Counted from the stretch's first letter, positions 11,484 to 22,307 are shown. The stretch: DNA of 64,000 nucleotides from Minisyncoccota bacterium (GCA_051306005.1 JBPPMJ010000006.1:91296-155295); one strand, 5' to 3'. Notes: generated by a model not told the origin, from the sequence alone. Translations and numbers: made by a program.

Positions 11484-11810
11484 ATGAAAAAGACAGATAC
11501 AACAGAAGAATTACGCATTCGGATTAAGATCAAGGCATATGACCATAAGGTTATTGATCGATCAGCGCGTAAGATTGTGGAAACTGCCGAGCGTACTGGC
11601 GCCACAATTACTGGCCCAGTACCTTTGCCGACTGATATTCATCGAGTTACCGTGAATCGTTCAACCTTTGTGCACAAGAATTCTCGGGACCAATATGAGA
11701 TGCGTGTACACAAACGATTGGTGGATATTTTGAATCCTACCGCAAAAACCATTGAAAATTTAACGAATTTGGATTTACCCGCTGGTGTCGATATCGAAAT
11801 AAAAATGTAG
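11484..11810 (+). CDS. rpsJ: 30S ribosomal protein S10
   Basis: [24 protein letters not shown]. Confidence 0.98.
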   Translation: MKKTDTTEELRIRIKIKAYDHKVIDRSARKIVETAERTGATITGPVPLPTDIHRVTVNRSTFVHKNSRDQYEMRVHKRLVDILNPTAKTIENLTNLDLPAGVDIEIKM

Positions 11811-11977
11811 CGCATACAAAACCTATTATCCATTGAAAAAAGAAGCTACTTGTTTAAGTCCATCTTTCTTACGAGAAAAAGAAGTCGGGTGGATACTGAA
11901 CGGGCCAGGAAAGGACTGGCTATATTTACAAGTCAGTTTTTTATTTGTAAAGATTATCTTGATAATACTGTACGACA

Positions 11978-12586
11978 ATGAAGTTTCTTCTTGGTAAAAA
12001 ACTTGGAATGACGACACTTTTTGATCCTACACAAGGTGCTTTAAACGTGACATTGATTACGTGTGAAGAAAATCGTGTTACGTTAAATCGAACTTTGGAA
12101 AAAGATGGTTATTTGGCTGTGCAAATGGAAACAAAAAAGAATGCCAAAAAAACAATTCGAAAGGAATTTCGTATTGATAAAAATATGGTATCGTGTGTTA
12201 ATCGTCAGACTCTGATCAAGGAGTTGGAACAGTATCCCGTGAATGGTAACGTGGATGTATCTTTATTTACAGTTGGAGAACAGGTACATGTTTCTGGAGT
12301 AACGAAAGCTAAAGGTTTTCAAGGTGTGGTCAAGCGATATGGTTTTAAAGGATCTCCTGCGAGTCATGGACGTGCACACGATATGCGTAAACCAGGATCT
12401 ATCGGAGCCACTTTTCCAGAGCATGTGGTGAAAGGACGTCGTATGGCGGGTCGTATGGGTGGTGTCAATATGACCGTACTTAATCTGACCGTGGTATATG
12501 TTGACCCTGCAGAAGGTATTATTGCTGTGCGTGGGGCAGTGCCAGGGGTGAATGGTCGTATTGTCAAAATTATGAGTACTAAATAA
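11978..12586 (+). CDS. rplC: 50S ribosomal protein L3
   Basis: GKKLGMT, KGFQGVVKR, PGSIG, GAVPG. Confidence 0.98.
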   Translation: MKFLLGKKLGMTTLFDPTQGALNVTLITCEENRVTLNRTLEKDGYLAVQMETKKNAKKTIRKEFRIDKNMVSCVNRQTLIKELEQYPVNGNVDVSLFTVGEQVHVSGVTKAKGFQGVVKRYGFKGSPASHGRAHDMRKPGSIGATFPEHVVKGRRMAGRMGGVNMTVLNLTVVYVDPAEGIIAVRGAVPGVNGRIVKIMSTK

Positions 12587-12590
12587 TCAT

Positions 12591-13244
12591 ATGGTTCAGA
12601 TTACTGTCAAGAATATTACTGGTCAGAAAGTGAAAGATATGGAACTGAAAAGTTTTGTTTTTGATGTTCCTGCTAATGATATTTTGGTACATCAGATTTA
12701 TGTCGCACAGATGGGTAATGCCAGAAAAGCTATCGCACATACCAAGGGACGCGGTGAACGTACAGGATCCGGCATTAAACCATGGAGACAAAAGGGTACC
12801 GGACGTGCTCGTGCTGGTGCGCTTCGAAGTCCATTATGGCGTAAGGGAGGTATTACATTTGGTCCTAATAAACATCAAAATTGGAGTAAGGATACAAATC
12901 AAAAAATGCGCCAAAAAGCTGTTATGATCGCTCTTTCAGAAAAAGTACGCGCTGGAAAATTTATTGTTCTGGATACCTTGAACTATTCTGAAAAAAAGAC
13001 GAAGTTATTTGTAGAAACATTGCGCGCTCTCGGTATTACAAATAAAAGTTTGTCCGTTTGTCTGACAGGTGGTGAACGAGCATTGACTGTTATGAGTCGG
13101 AATATTCCAAAAGTAGAAAATATACCGACAGAAATGTTGAGTGTTGTGCAATTATTAGATCGTGAATATCTTGTGATAACGGAAGCAGGTATTCAGGCGC
13201 TTGAAAGCCGTTTTGCAACTTGGGATAAGAAAAATATACAATAA
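12591..13244 (+). CDS. rplD: 50S ribosomal protein L4
   Basis: KPWRQKGTGRARAG, SPLWRKGGITFGP. Confidence 0.98.
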   Translation: MVQITVKNITGQKVKDMELKSFVFDVPANDILVHQIYVAQMGNARKAIAHTKGRGERTGSGIKPWRQKGTGRARAGALRSPLWRKGGITFGPNKHQNWSKDTNQKMRQKAVMIALSEKVRAGKFIVLDTLNYSEKKTKLFVETLRALGITNKSLSVCLTGGERALTVMSRNIPKVENIPTEMLSVVQLLDREYLVITEAGIQALESRFATWDKKNIQ

Positions 13245-13247
13245 TTT

Positions 13248-13628
13248 ATGGCTTTGTTTACCAAAAAAAATGAAGGAAAAAAGACAAAGAGGTCTTTAAA
13301 GATTCCTACTATCAAAAAAACTTTGGTAGCTAAGCCGAGTGTTTTGGCAACAAAATTGTTGGTGCGTCCACGTATTACGGAAAAAGCCTATGCTTTAAAC
13401 GGATATAACCAATACGTTTTTGTTGTTGATGCGTTTGCGACGAAAAAAACTGTTAAACGAGCAATTGAAGAAGTGTATGCGGTACAAGTGGTCAAAGTAC
13501 GTATGATACATTTGCCAGGGAAGCGTTTGATGGTAGGTAAAAAAGCCGGCACCCGCAGTACGGTTAAAAAAGCGATTGTTAGTGTGATGCAGGGTCAGTC
13601 CCTGACATTGTTTAAAGCTGGAATCTAA
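13248..13628 (+). CDS. rplW: 50S ribosomal protein L23 with N-terminal extension
   Basis: RPRITEKA, KKAIV; position between rplD and rplB. Confidence 0.95.
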   Translation: MALFTKKNEGKKTKRSLKIPTIKKTLVAKPSVLATKLLVRPRITEKAYALNGYNQYVFVVDAFATKKTVKRAIEEVYAVQVVKVRMIHLPGKRLMVGKKAGTRSTVKKAIVSVMQGQSLTLFKAGI

Positions 13629-13639
13629 AGAGCATTATT

Positions 13640-14467
13640 ATGGCAATCAAAATTTATAAAAAAAATCATGCTGGACGTCGATTTATGTCGGTTGTCAAGC
13701 CTGATGGAGTGACGGAAAAATCCCCAGAAAAGTCTTTGTTGGCCTCTCATGTTAAGAAGGCTGGGCGTTCCGGAGGAAAGATTTCCGTGCGACATCAGGG
13801 TGGTGGCCATAAACGTCGCTATCGCATTATTGATTTCAAGCAAGATAAGCTTGGTATTCCTGGTCGTATTTTTGCTTTGGAAAAAGATCCAAATCGTTCC
13901 AGCCTCATTGCTTTGATACATTATGCTGATGGTGAAAAACGGTATGTTTTGGCGACAGATGGTATGAAACAGGGACAAGAAATTCTTGCCGGTGAAGTGA
14001 CACCTATTGTCAATGGAAATCGTTTGTTATTGAAAAATATTCCTATCGGTACTGTGATTTGTAATATTGAAATGAAAGCAGGTAAGGGTGGACAAATTGT
14101 ACGCAGTGCTGGTACGCGGGCTACGCTTATGGCACTAGATGGTAAGATGGCTCAAATCAAATTAGCTTCTGGGGAAATTCGTTTGATGAGTAAAGAGTGT
14201 TTTGCTACATTGGGACAGGTAAGTAATTTTGAACATAGTGCGGAACGCATCGGTAAGGCTGGACGCGCACGGTGGTTAAATCATCGTCCTGTTGTTCGCG
14301 GAAGCGCTATGAATCCAGTGGATCATCCACATGGAGGTGGAGAGGGACGGCAACCAGTGGGTATGCATCCGAAAACTCCTTGGGGTAAACCAGCATTAGG
14401 CAAGAAAACACGTAAAAAGAAAAAAGCAAGTGGTCAGTATATTATAAGTCGTCGTCCGAAGAAATAG
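13640..14467 (+). CDS. rplB: 50S ribosomal protein L2
   Basis: GGGHKRRYR, AMNPVDHPHGGGEG. Confidence 0.99.
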   Translation: MAIKIYKKNHAGRRFMSVVKPDGVTEKSPEKSLLASHVKKAGRSGGKISVRHQGGGHKRRYRIIDFKQDKLGIPGRIFALEKDPNRSSLIALIHYADGEKRYVLATDGMKQGQEILAGEVTPIVNGNRLLLKNIPIGTVICNIEMKAGKGGQIVRSAGTRATLMALDGKMAQIKLASGEIRLMSKECFATLGQVSNFEHSAERIGKAGRARWLNHRPVVRGSAMNPVDHPHGGGEGRQPVGMHPKTPWGKPALGKKTRKKKKASGQYIISRRPKK

Positions 14468-14507
14468 TGTTCTCGCAGAAAATTGATCTATTAGTAAGTG
14501 AATTTCT

Positions 14508-14861
14508 ATGTCGCGAAGTCTCAAAAAAGGTCCATACGTTGATCCACGAGTGCTCAAGAAGATTGAGGGGAAAAAGTTGGGCGATCGAACAGTTATCAAA
14601 ACCTGGTCACGGGCTTGCACTATTTCTCCAGAAATGGTAGGCTTTACATTCGGCGTACATAATGGAAAGGATTTTGTGTCTGTGTTTATTGCGGAAGAAA
14701 TGGTGGGACATCGATTGGGTGAATTTTCTCCGACACGTAAGTTTATTCGGCACGGAGGAAAGATGCAAAAAGAATTGGAAGTTGCTGCGAAACAACGGGA
14801 ATTAGATGCTGCTAAAGCCGCTAAAGCTACCACCATCACTTCGAGCACTAAGAAGAAATAG
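14508..14861 (+). CDS. rpsS: 30S ribosomal protein S19 with C-terminal extension
   Basis: [23 protein letters not shown]. Confidence 0.98.
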   Translation: MSRSLKKGPYVDPRVLKKIEGKKLGDRTVIKTWSRACTISPEMVGFTFGVHNGKDFVSVFIAEEMVGHRLGEFSPTRKFIRHGGKMQKELEVAAKQRELDAAKAAKATTITSSTKKK

Positions 14862-14867
14862 ACCTTT

Positions 14868-15395
14868 ATGAAAGTACATGCTACCCTCAAAAATCTGCGT
14901 ATTGCTCCGCGTAAAGTGCGTCTCGTGACTCATTCTCTTGTGGGTGTCGATGCAGAGGAGGCGAGATTACAATTGTCCAAGCAAGTCAAACGTTCATCGA
15001 GACCAATTGCTGATCTTTTGAAAAGCGCCGTAGCTAATGCAACGAATAACAATGGATTGGATGTATCAAATTTGTATGTTTTGGAAATTCGTGTTGGGGA
15101 TGGTGTTAAATTGAAACGTTGGTTACCACGCGCTTTTGGTCGTGCAACACCGTTGTTGCGACGCGCTTCCAATGTAACTATCATTTTAGATGAAAAAATT
15201 GAGGGAAAAAATCGTATTAATACGCCACAGACAAAAAAAGTCCAGAGACAGGAAACGGTTGTCTTGGAAGAAGGTGTGACAGAAGAAAAACCACTCAAGC
15301 CAATTAAGACAGGTATCAGACAGGGTGTTACCAAAGAAGCAAAACCAGTTACTGGTAAGGTAGTGAAGAAGATGTTTCAACGTAAATCTGTATAA
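14868..15395 (+). CDS. rplV: 50S ribosomal protein L22 with C-terminal extension
   Basis: APRKVRLV, SAVANA, PRAFGRA. Confidence 0.97.
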   Translation: MKVHATLKNLRIAPRKVRLVTHSLVGVDAEEARLQLSKQVKRSSRPIADLLKSAVANATNNNGLDVSNLYVLEIRVGDGVKLKRWLPRAFGRATPLLRRASNVTIILDEKIEGKNRINTPQTKKVQRQETVVLEEGVTEEKPLKPIKTGIRQGVTKEAKPVTGKVVKKMFQRKSV

Positions 15396-15415
15396 ACTGA
15401 CAAATCTGCACTGTT

Positions 15416-16078
15416 ATGGGTAATAAGGTTCATCCAACTGGTATTCGTCTCGGTATTACGACTGAATGGCAGTCGCGCTGGTTCGGGACGAAAAAAATGT
15501 ATCGCAATCAATTACGCAAAGACATTGAAATGCGACATTTTATCATGGATAAATGGAAAGCGGCCGCTATTGCTTCAGTGGGTATTGAACGTTCGGCGAA
15601 TGCTGTGCGTTTGATTATTCATACAGCAAGACCAGGTGTATTGATTGGACGAGGAGGGACAGGTGCTGAAGATTTGACTCGTACTATGAAAAAAAGGTTT
15701 TTCCCAGGAAAAAAAGTAGATCTCAGAGTAGATATTCAAGAAGTGAAGAGTCCTGAAATGAATGCGGTATTGGTTGGACAACAGGTAGCGGAACAATTGG
15801 AAAAGCGTATCCCTTTCCGTCGTGTTTTGAAAACAATGCTGGATCAGGTTGAGGGGAATAAAGTAGTACAGGGTGTAAAAATTGAGATATGTGGTCGTCT
15901 CGGCGGAGCTGAAATGTCTCGCAGAGAATGGTTGTCACGAGGTAAGATCCCGCTCCACACTCTTCGTGCCGATGTTGATTTCGCATGTGTTGAGGCCCAG
16001 ACCACCTATGGTGTTATCGGTATTAAGACATGGATTTACAAGGGTGAGAAATTTGCAGAAGAAGTTGTGACAGAATAA
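15416..16078 (+). CDS. rpsC: 30S ribosomal protein S3
   Basis: [27 protein letters not shown]. Confidence 0.98.
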   Translation: MGNKVHPTGIRLGITTEWQSRWFGTKKMYRNQLRKDIEMRHFIMDKWKAAAIASVGIERSANAVRLIIHTARPGVLIGRGGTGAEDLTRTMKKRFFPGKKVDLRVDIQEVKSPEMNAVLVGQQVAEQLEKRIPFRRVLKTMLDQVEGNKVVQGVKIEICGRLGGAEMSRREWLSRGKIPLHTLRADVDFACVEAQTTYGVIGIKTWIYKGEKFAEEVVTE

Positions 16079-16089
16079 AAAAATCTCTT

Positions 16090-16500
16090 ATGTTGATGCC
16101 AAGGAAAGTAAAACATAGAAAGATTCATCGCGGAGGCTGGTCCGAAAGTCCAGCGACGCGCGGAAATTCCGTTAGCTTTGGAAGCTATGGACTCAAGACA
16201 TTGGAGGAAGGATTGATATCCGCTCGTCAGATCGAAGCAGCGCGTCGCGCGATGACCCGATCAATACAACGTGGTGGTAAAGTTTGGATTCGTGTCTTTC
16301 CTGATAAGCCAATGACCAAAAAGGGAGAGCAAACCCCGATGGGAAAAGGAAAGGGAAGCGTTGATCATTTTGTAGCTAAAGTACGTGCTGGAAAAATTTT
16401 GTTTGAACTTGATGGGATTCCAAAAACGGCAGCAGCAGAAGCGATGCGTCTCGCTTCGCATAAACTAGCTGTGAAAACAAAGTTTTGTGAACGTAATTGA
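16090..16500 (+). CDS. rplP: 50S ribosomal protein L16
   Basis: [22 protein letters not shown]. Confidence 0.98.
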   Translation: MLMPRKVKHRKIHRGGWSESPATRGNSVSFGSYGLKTLEEGLISARQIEAARRAMTRSIQRGGKVWIRVFPDKPMTKKGEQTPMGKGKGSVDHFVAKVRAGKILFELDGIPKTAAAEAMRLASHKLAVKTKFCERN

Positions 16501-16527
16501 GATTTTCAATGGACAATATTCAAGAAT

Positions 16528-16740
16528 ATGAAAGCAAAAGAATGGAGAGAAAAATCAGAGGGAGAGCGCGAGCGAATCATGCTGGATTTGCATGAGAAGC
16601 TTCGTGTACTTTCTTTTGATTTGGCGACACGTGAAGCGAAAAATCACAGCGAATATCGTAAGTTGAAAAAGGATATTGCCCGCCTCATGACTATCAAACA
16701 AGAAGAAGTGCTTTCCATCCCCATGACAGATGAACAGTAA
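16528..16740 (+). CDS. rpmC: 50S ribosomal protein L29
   Basis: KKDIARLMT; synteny between rplP and rpsQ. Confidence 0.93.
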   Translation: MKAKEWREKSEGERERIMLDLHEKLRVLSFDLATREAKNHSEYRKLKKDIARLMTIKQEEVLSIPMTDEQ

Positions 16741-16765
16741 CAACTCAATTATTCAATAGATGTTT

Positions 16766-17026
16766 ATGAAGAAAATTCAGAGCACCACTGTTACAGAGAA
16801 AGCGCTTAAAAAAAAGGGCGTGGTTGTGAGTGTCGCTATGAATAAAACCATCGTGGTTGCAGTCGAAACTTTGAAAATGCATCCCAAATATCTCAAGCAG
16901 TATAAGTCAACCAAAAAATATCATGTGCATACTGAGGAAAATACTCACGCCAAAGGAGATACGGTATTTTTTCAAGAATGTCGTCCAATGAGTCGCAAGA
17001 AACATCATACGATAGTCGTACTCTAA
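16766..17026 (+). CDS. rpsQ: 30S ribosomal protein S17
   Basis: [23 protein letters not shown]; start 16766 preferred over 16760. Confidence 0.96.
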   Translation: MKKIQSTTVTEKALKKKGVVVSVAMNKTIVVAVETLKMHPKYLKQYKSTKKYHVHTEENTHAKGDTVFFQECRPMSRKKHHTIVVL

Positions 17027-17036
17027 ATTAAGATAT

Positions 17037-17408
17037 ATGATACAAGCAGAATCCAGTTTGAAAGTTGCGGATAACAGCGGTGCCAAAAGCATCAAGTGTT
17101 TCAAGGTACTTGGTGGAACGCGCCGTCGATACGCTGCTCTAGGCGACATCATTGTTGCTTCGGTAAAATCAGCCGAACCACGTGGTATGGTTAAAAAAGG
17201 CGATAAGGTAAAAGCAGTCATTGTCCGTCAAGTGAAAGCATATCACCGAAAGGATAATTCCTATATCCGCTTTGATGAAAATGCAGCTGTCATTTTAGAT
17301 AATAATAATATTGATCCAAAGGGAACGCGCATTTTTGGTCCCGTAGCACGTGAGTTACGTGAAAAAGGATTTTCAAAGATTGTTTCTTTGGCCCCGGAAG
17401 TTTTATAA
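17037..17408 (+). CDS. rplN: 50S ribosomal protein L14
   Basis: [21 protein letters not shown]. Confidence 0.99.
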   Translation: MIQAESSLKVADNSGAKSIKCFKVLGGTRRRYAALGDIIVASVKSAEPRGMVKKGDKVKAVIVRQVKAYHRKDNSYIRFDENAAVILDNNNIDPKGTRIFGPVARELREKGFSKIVSLAPEVL

Positions 17409-17419
17409 CCCTTACGTAT

Positions 17420-17725
17420 ATGAAGATCAAGAAAACAGATCACGTGGAGATTATTTCTGGAAAAGATTCCGGTAAACGAGGAGAAATTCTTGCTATTTTT
17501 CCTGACACCGAGAAAGTTGTTGTGAAGGGGTTAAATATGATGAAACGTCATATTCGTGCAAAGCGAGATGGCGAGAAAGGACAGCGTATCGAAAAAGAAG
17601 CCCCCATACATGTTTCCAATGTGATGCTTGTTTGTCCTCATACTGGTAAGCCGACACGTATCGGATACAAAATGGAAGCTGGTGAAAAGGTACGTGTGAG
17701 TAAGCGCTCAGGAAAAGTCATTTAA
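17420..17725 (+). CDS. rplX: 50S ribosomal protein L24
   Basis: KOW motif [20 protein letters not shown]. Confidence 0.97.
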   Translation: MKIKKTDHVEIISGKDSGKRGEILAIFPDTEKVVVKGLNMMKRHIRAKRDGEKGQRIEKEAPIHVSNVMLVCPHTGKPTRIGYKMEAGEKVRVSKRSGKVI

Positions 17726-17762
17726 ACTCGTGAATTGAGAAATATCTCAAGAATATTGTTCT

Positions 17763-18329
17763 ATGAAAATGCCATTGACCAAAACAACATATACCGAACA
17801 AGTCATACCCGCGCTTGCTCAAGAACTCGGAATCAAAAACCGGATGGCTATACCGCGTCTTGGAAAGATTGTTATCAATGTAGGGACCGGAAAGATTTTG
17901 AAAGACGCTAAGCGTGTTGAAGATGTCATTGCCTCATTAGAAGCTATGACGGGTCAAAAAGTTATTCAGACTAGGGCACGCAAAGCAATTGCTGGTTTCA
18001 AAACACGGGAAGGACTCGAAGTAGGCGCACGCGTTACTCTTCATGGTAAAAAAATGTGGGATTTCTTGGATCGTCTGATACATATCTCATTGCCACGCGT
18101 GCGTGATTTTCAGGGTATTCCCAAAAGCGCCATTGATCAGTACGGTAATTGTAATTTAGGTATCAAAGAGCATTTGGTGTTTCCAGAAATCGTGCCAGAA
18201 AAAGTTCAACATATTTTTAGTTTTCAGGTTAATATTGTGACTACGGCAAAAAACAAACAAGAGGGTGAAGCATTATTTCGACTCCTTGGTTTGCCGTTAC
18301 AAAAAGAGGAGATTAAGAAAGAAAAGTAA
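17763..18329 (+). CDS. rplE: 50S ribosomal protein L5
   Basis: [20 protein letters not shown]. Confidence 0.98.
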   Translation: MKMPLTKTTYTEQVIPALAQELGIKNRMAIPRLGKIVINVGTGKILKDAKRVEDVIASLEAMTGQKVIQTRARKAIAGFKTREGLEVGARVTLHGKKMWDFLDRLIHISLPRVRDFQGIPKSAIDQYGNCNLGIKEHLVFPEIVPEKVQHIFSFQVNIVTTAKNKQEGEALFRLLGLPLQKEEIKKEK

Positions 18330-18345
18330 TTTTGAAACTCTATAT

Positions 18346-18531
18346 ATGGCAAAAACATCTACTGCAGCGAGAGCGCTCAAAACCCCAAAATTTTCAACCC
18401 GTATTGTGAGACGGTGTTGGAAATGTGGTCGGAAACACGGGTATCTGCGCCAATTTGATCTCTGTCGTATTTGTTTCCGAGAATTAGCCAATAAAGGCGA
18501 GGTTCCTGGAGTTAAGAAAGCCTCATGGTAA
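18346..18531 (+). CDS. rpsN: 30S ribosomal protein S14 type Z (Zn-binding)
   Basis: RCWKCGR...[16 protein letters not shown]; true start at 18346 inside the longer ORF. Confidence 0.97.
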   Translation: MAKTSTAARALKTPKFSTRIVRRCWKCGRKHGYLRQFDLCRICFRELANKGEVPGVKKASW

Positions 18532-18547
18532 TTGTAAATCATACAGT

Positions 18548-18952
18548 ATGTTAGATCCAATCGCAGACATGTTAACAAGAATTCGCAATGCGCAAGCTGC
18601 CGGTCATACCACTGTAGCGATGCCTGGTTCGAAGTTGAAATATACTATCGCTAAAATTCTTGAACGCGAAGGTTTTGTGGAACGTGTGGAAAAAACGTTG
18701 GAAGATACCCATGAAACTCTCTCTTTGGGACTCCGCTATAATACTCTTTCTCCAACGAAAAAAGCACCTGCCATTCGTGAGGTGGCACGGGTCAGTAAAC
18801 AGGGACGTCGAGTGTATGTGAAAAAAAATGAAATTCAGAAAGTGAAGAATGGATATGGCATTGCTATTGTATCGACATCACAAGGGGTGATGACTGGTGC
18901 TGAAGCCTATCGTCGAGGTCTTGGTGGTGAATATCTCTGCCGATTGTGGTAA
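18548..18952 (+). CDS. rpsH: 30S ribosomal protein S8
   Basis: DPIADMLTRIRNA, STSQGVM. Confidence 0.98.
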   Translation: MLDPIADMLTRIRNAQAAGHTTVAMPGSKLKYTIAKILEREGFVERVEKTLEDTHETLSLGLRYNTLSPTKKAPAIREVARVSKQGRRVYVKKNEIQKVKNGYGIAIVSTSQGVMTGAEAYRRGLGGEYLCRLW

Positions 18953-18979
18953 TATGAATTGTATAAAGGGAAGATTATT

Positions 18980-19519
18980 ATGAGTAGAATTGGAAAAAAA
19001 CCAGTCAGTATTCCGGAAGGCGTTAAGCTTACCTTGCCATCTGCGTATACCGTTACGGTCGTTGGTCCAAAAGGGTCTCTCAGTTTTTCGTATCCTCGTG
19101 AAGTTAAAATCATAGTGGAAGATAGTGAGGCGATAGTGAAAAAAGTAGGTGATACTAAAAAAGCACGAGCCATCTGGGGTACCACAGCCAAGATGCTAGC
19201 GAATATGATGCAGGGCGTGACGGAAGGTTTCAGTAAACAACTCGAATTGAATGGTGTCGGATTTCGCATGTTGGTAAACGGTCAAAAAATTGTCTTAGCG
19301 CTTGGTTTTTCTCATCCAGTCGAGGTGACAATTATCAATGGAATAGAAGCGAAAGTAGAAGGCAATATATTGACGATTTCTGGTATTGATAAACAACAGG
19401 TAGGTGAATTTTCGGCTAATCTGAAGAAACTAAAGCCTGTAGAGCCCTATAAAGGAAAAGGTTTTCGGTATGTCGGAGAGACGGTACGTCGCAAGGAGGG
19501 CAAGAAAAATGCGGCTTAA
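18980..19519 (+). CDS. rplF: 50S ribosomal protein L6
   Basis: MSRIGKKP, LGFSHP, EPYKGKG; start at 18980. Confidence 0.98.
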   Translation: MSRIGKKPVSIPEGVKLTLPSAYTVTVVGPKGSLSFSYPREVKIIVEDSEAIVKKVGDTKKARAIWGTTAKMLANMMQGVTEGFSKQLELNGVGFRMLVNGQKIVLALGFSHPVEVTIINGIEAKVEGNILTISGIDKQQVGEFSANLKKLKPVEPYKGKGFRYVGETVRRKEGKKNAA

Positions 19520-19540
19520 TGAATTATTTTGTAATAGCAT

Positions 19541-19897
19541 ATGTTAAAGCAAAAGATGAAAAAAACGCAAAGAGTAATGCGCAAGCGTCGGATCCGTGCT
19601 AAAATTATAGGTACGGCTACCTGTCCGCGCCTCTCCGTGTTTCGGAGTCTGCGCTTTATTTCCGTTCAGGCAATTGATGATACGACTGGCACAACATTAG
19701 CGCATGCACATTTGAAAGAGGCTGGAATCAATGTGCAGGATACAGTCATCGGAGCTGCCGCCGTTGGCAAAATCATTGCAGAGCGCCTGACTGTTTTGGG
19801 TATTACTACCGCTGTTTTTGATCGTTCTGGATATAAATATCATGGTAAGGTGAAAGCGTTAGCAGAAGCGGTGAGAGAAAATGGATTGCAGTGTTAA
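19541..19897 (+). CDS. rplR: 50S ribosomal protein L18
   Basis: PRLSVFRS, FDRSGYKYHGKVKALA. Confidence 0.97.
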   Translation: MLKQKMKKTQRVMRKRRIRAKIIGTATCPRLSVFRSLRFISVQAIDDTTGTTLAHAHLKEAGINVQDTVIGAAAVGKIIAERLTVLGITTAVFDRSGYKYHGKVKALAEAVRENGLQC

Positions 19898-19931
19898 AAT
19901 CAGTATAATCAAAGTGTTTCTAAGTATTATT

Positions 19932-20444
19932 ATGGCGAAACAAGCAAAAAAAATGGGAAGGCGCGAGAAACCAGAGTTCGATCAGAAATTGCTGGACTTG
20001 GCGCGTGTTACACGTGTTGTTAAGGGTGGCCGACGTTTTCGTTTTCGTGCTACATTGGTGATTGGCAACCGCAAAGGTAAAGTAGGTGTTGGTGTGGCAA
20101 AGGGATCAGATGTATCTGATGCTATTCAAAAAGCTTTTAATGATGCCAAGAAAAATATGGTAACCATTGAATTGGATGGTACTACAATCACGCATGATAT
20201 TTTTGCCAAATTAGGAGCCTCTAAAGTATTGTTACGCCCTGCTTCCGAGGGGCGTGGAGTTATTGCTGGTGGAGCAGTTCGTGCGGTAGTGGATTTATTG
20301 GGAGTCAAAGATGTTGTTTCTAAATCTTTAGGATCATCCAATCCATTGAATGTAGCTCGTGTGACTATTAAGGCTTTGCAATTGTTGCAAGCACCGCGCC
20401 AGGCGAAGACGGTAATTGTCCCAGAGGCAGTTTCACTGGTATAA
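19932..20444 (+). CDS. rpsE: 30S ribosomal protein S5
   Basis: RVTRVVKGGRRFRF, GVIAGG; start at 19932. Confidence 0.98.
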   Translation: MAKQAKKMGRREKPEFDQKLLDLARVTRVVKGGRRFRFRATLVIGNRKGKVGVGVAKGSDVSDAIQKAFNDAKKNMVTIELDGTTITHDIFAKLGASKVLLRPASEGRGVIAGGAVRAVVDLLGVKDVVSKSLGSSNPLNVARVTIKALQLLQAPRQAKTVIVPEAVSLV

Positions 20445-20467
20445 GGATTTTTTATTAAAGATGTATT

Positions 20468-20890
20468 ATGCAGATTCATCAAATTACAGGAGTCAAAAAA
20501 AAGGAACGTAAACGTATTGGACGTGGCGGAAAACGGGGGACCACTGCTGGTCGTGGGAGTAATGGTCAAAAATCTCGTTCTGGTGCTTCAGTAGACCCTT
20601 TATTTGAAGGTGGACGCTCTACTTTTGTAGAACGCTTGAAAAAAGTACGTGGTTTTCGATCTTTGCATCCGAAAAAGTGTTTAGTGACTTTGACGAGTCT
20701 GGAGCGTGCCTGTACCAATGGAGAAGTAATTACTTTGGATGTATTATTAGAGAAACAACTGGTACCCAAGACGGCTATGAAACGTGGTGTCAAGATTGTA
20801 GCAACAGGCGTATTGAAAAAACAATTGATTCTTGGAGAGGGTATTCAGGCTTCTGAAAAAGCTAAAACTTCATTTCAGCACAAACCCTAG
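20468..20890 (+). CDS. rplO: 50S ribosomal protein L15
   Basis: RIGRGGKRGTTAGRG, GQKSRSG, FEGG. Confidence 0.97.
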   Translation: MQIHQITGVKKKERKRIGRGGKRGTTAGRGSNGQKSRSGASVDPLFEGGRSTFVERLKKVRGFRSLHPKKCLVTLTSLERACTNGEVITLDVLLEKQLVPKTAMKRGVKIVATGVLKKQLILGEGIQASEKAKTSFQHKP

Positions 20891-21021
20891 TTTTTTGCGT
20901 TGTAGAAAGTAATTAGACACCTTCCGATGTGTTTCATACATGTATTATCAAGCATCATTTGATTTTTCCAGTGCCTTTAAGATATAGTGAGTGTGTAATT
21001 ATCCGGAAATGATACTTTTTC

Positions 21022-22293
21022 ATGCGCGACACTTTTTTCAGTATTTTTGGTATCAAAGAACTACGGAATAAAATTCTTTTTATTCTTGGTTTGCTTGTGG
21101 TATATCGTATTGTGGCCAATATTCCGTTACCCGGAGTGGATGTAGTCGCTTTGCGTCGTCTTTTTGAAGATAATGCATTTTTGGGATTACTGAATATATT
21201 TTCTGGGGGAGGACTTTCCAATATTTCTGTGGTTCTGTTGGGTGTCGCGCCGTATATCACTGCTTCTATTATTATGCAGTTGTTAACGACTATTGTGCCT
21301 AGCATGGAACGTGTATATAAAGAAGAAGGTGAAACAGGGCGTCAAAAGTTTAATATGTGGACACGTTGGCTAACTTTACCGTTAGCTTCTTTACAGGCTT
21401 TTGGTATGTTGTCATTATTGAAATCGCAGAATATTTTAGGAGAAATGTCATCATTTTCTTTGACAGTGATTATTATCAGTGCCGTAGCTGGCACGATTTT
21501 TCTTATGTGGCTTGGAGAGCTGATTACTGAAAAGGGTCTAGGGAATGGAATATCTGTTATTATCTTTGCGGGTATCGTGTCCAGCCTACCTTCAGGAATT
21601 TCACGTTTTATTGCCGTATGGGATCCTTCCCAGATCTTTGTGTACGCATTATTTGTTTTGATGGCGACCATTACTATAGCTGGCGTTATTTTTATCAATG
21701 AAGGTCAGCGCACTATTCCGGTAGCATATGCCAAACGGGTACGTGGAGCTCAGGCGTATGGTGGATCGGCGACACATTTGCCGTTGCGTGTGAATCAGGC
21801 GGGAGTCATTCCCATTATTTTTGCCGTATCATTGATACTTATTCCGACCATGATAGCCAATTTTTTTGCACGAAGTGATAGTGCTCAGATAGCGGGCGTT
21901 GCATCGACTATCAGCATTTGGTTGCAGGATCAGTGGATATACGGTATAGCCTATTTTGTTTTAGTGGTGCTTTTTACATATTTTTATACTGCGGTAGTTT
22001 TTGATCCAATAAAAATTTCAGAGAATTTACAAAAACAAGGGGGGTATATACCAGGCATTCGCCCAGGAAACATGACAGCAGACTATCTTTACCATATCAT
22101 TAATCGTATTACGTTGGCTGGGGCGATTTTTCTTGGAGCGATTGCTGTTCTTCCTTTTGTTATTCAGGGCATCACGGGTATTCAGGCACTTTCCATTGGA
22201 GGTGTGAGTATACTCATTGTCGTGTCGGTGGTACTTGAAACGGTCAAGCATATCCAAAGTCAATTGATGATGCGCAGTTACGAGACTTTTTAA
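21022..22293 (+). CDS. secY: Preprotein translocase subunit SecY
   Basis: GVAPYITASII, GLGNGIS, AGVIPIIFA, IPGIRPG; about 10 TM helices. Confidence 0.99.
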   Translation: MRDTFFSIFGIKELRNKILFILGLLVVYRIVANIPLPGVDVVALRRLFEDNAFLGLLNIFSGGGLSNISVVLLGVAPYITASIIMQLLTTIVPSMERVYKEEGETGRQKFNMWTRWLTLPLASLQAFGMLSLLKSQNILGEMSSFSLTVIIISAVAGTIFLMWLGELITEKGLGNGISVIIFAGIVSSLPSGISRFIAVWDPSQIFVYALFVLMATITIAGVIFINEGQRTIPVAYAKRVRGAQAYGGSATHLPLRVNQAGVIPIIFAVSLILIPTMIANFFARSDSAQIAGVASTISIWLQDQWIYGIAYFVLVVLFTYFYTAVVFDPIKISENLQKQGGYIPGIRPGNMTADYLYHIINRITLAGAIFLGAIAVLPFVIQGITGIQALSIGGVSILIVVSVVLETVKHIQSQLMMRSYETF

Positions 22294-22307
22294 GGAATAT
22301 ACGTACC

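Noticed and set aside
11902-11921. ggccaggaaaggactggc resembles SRP RNA domain IV
   Set aside because: The CAGG...GGAA...AGCAG symmetric loop is absent
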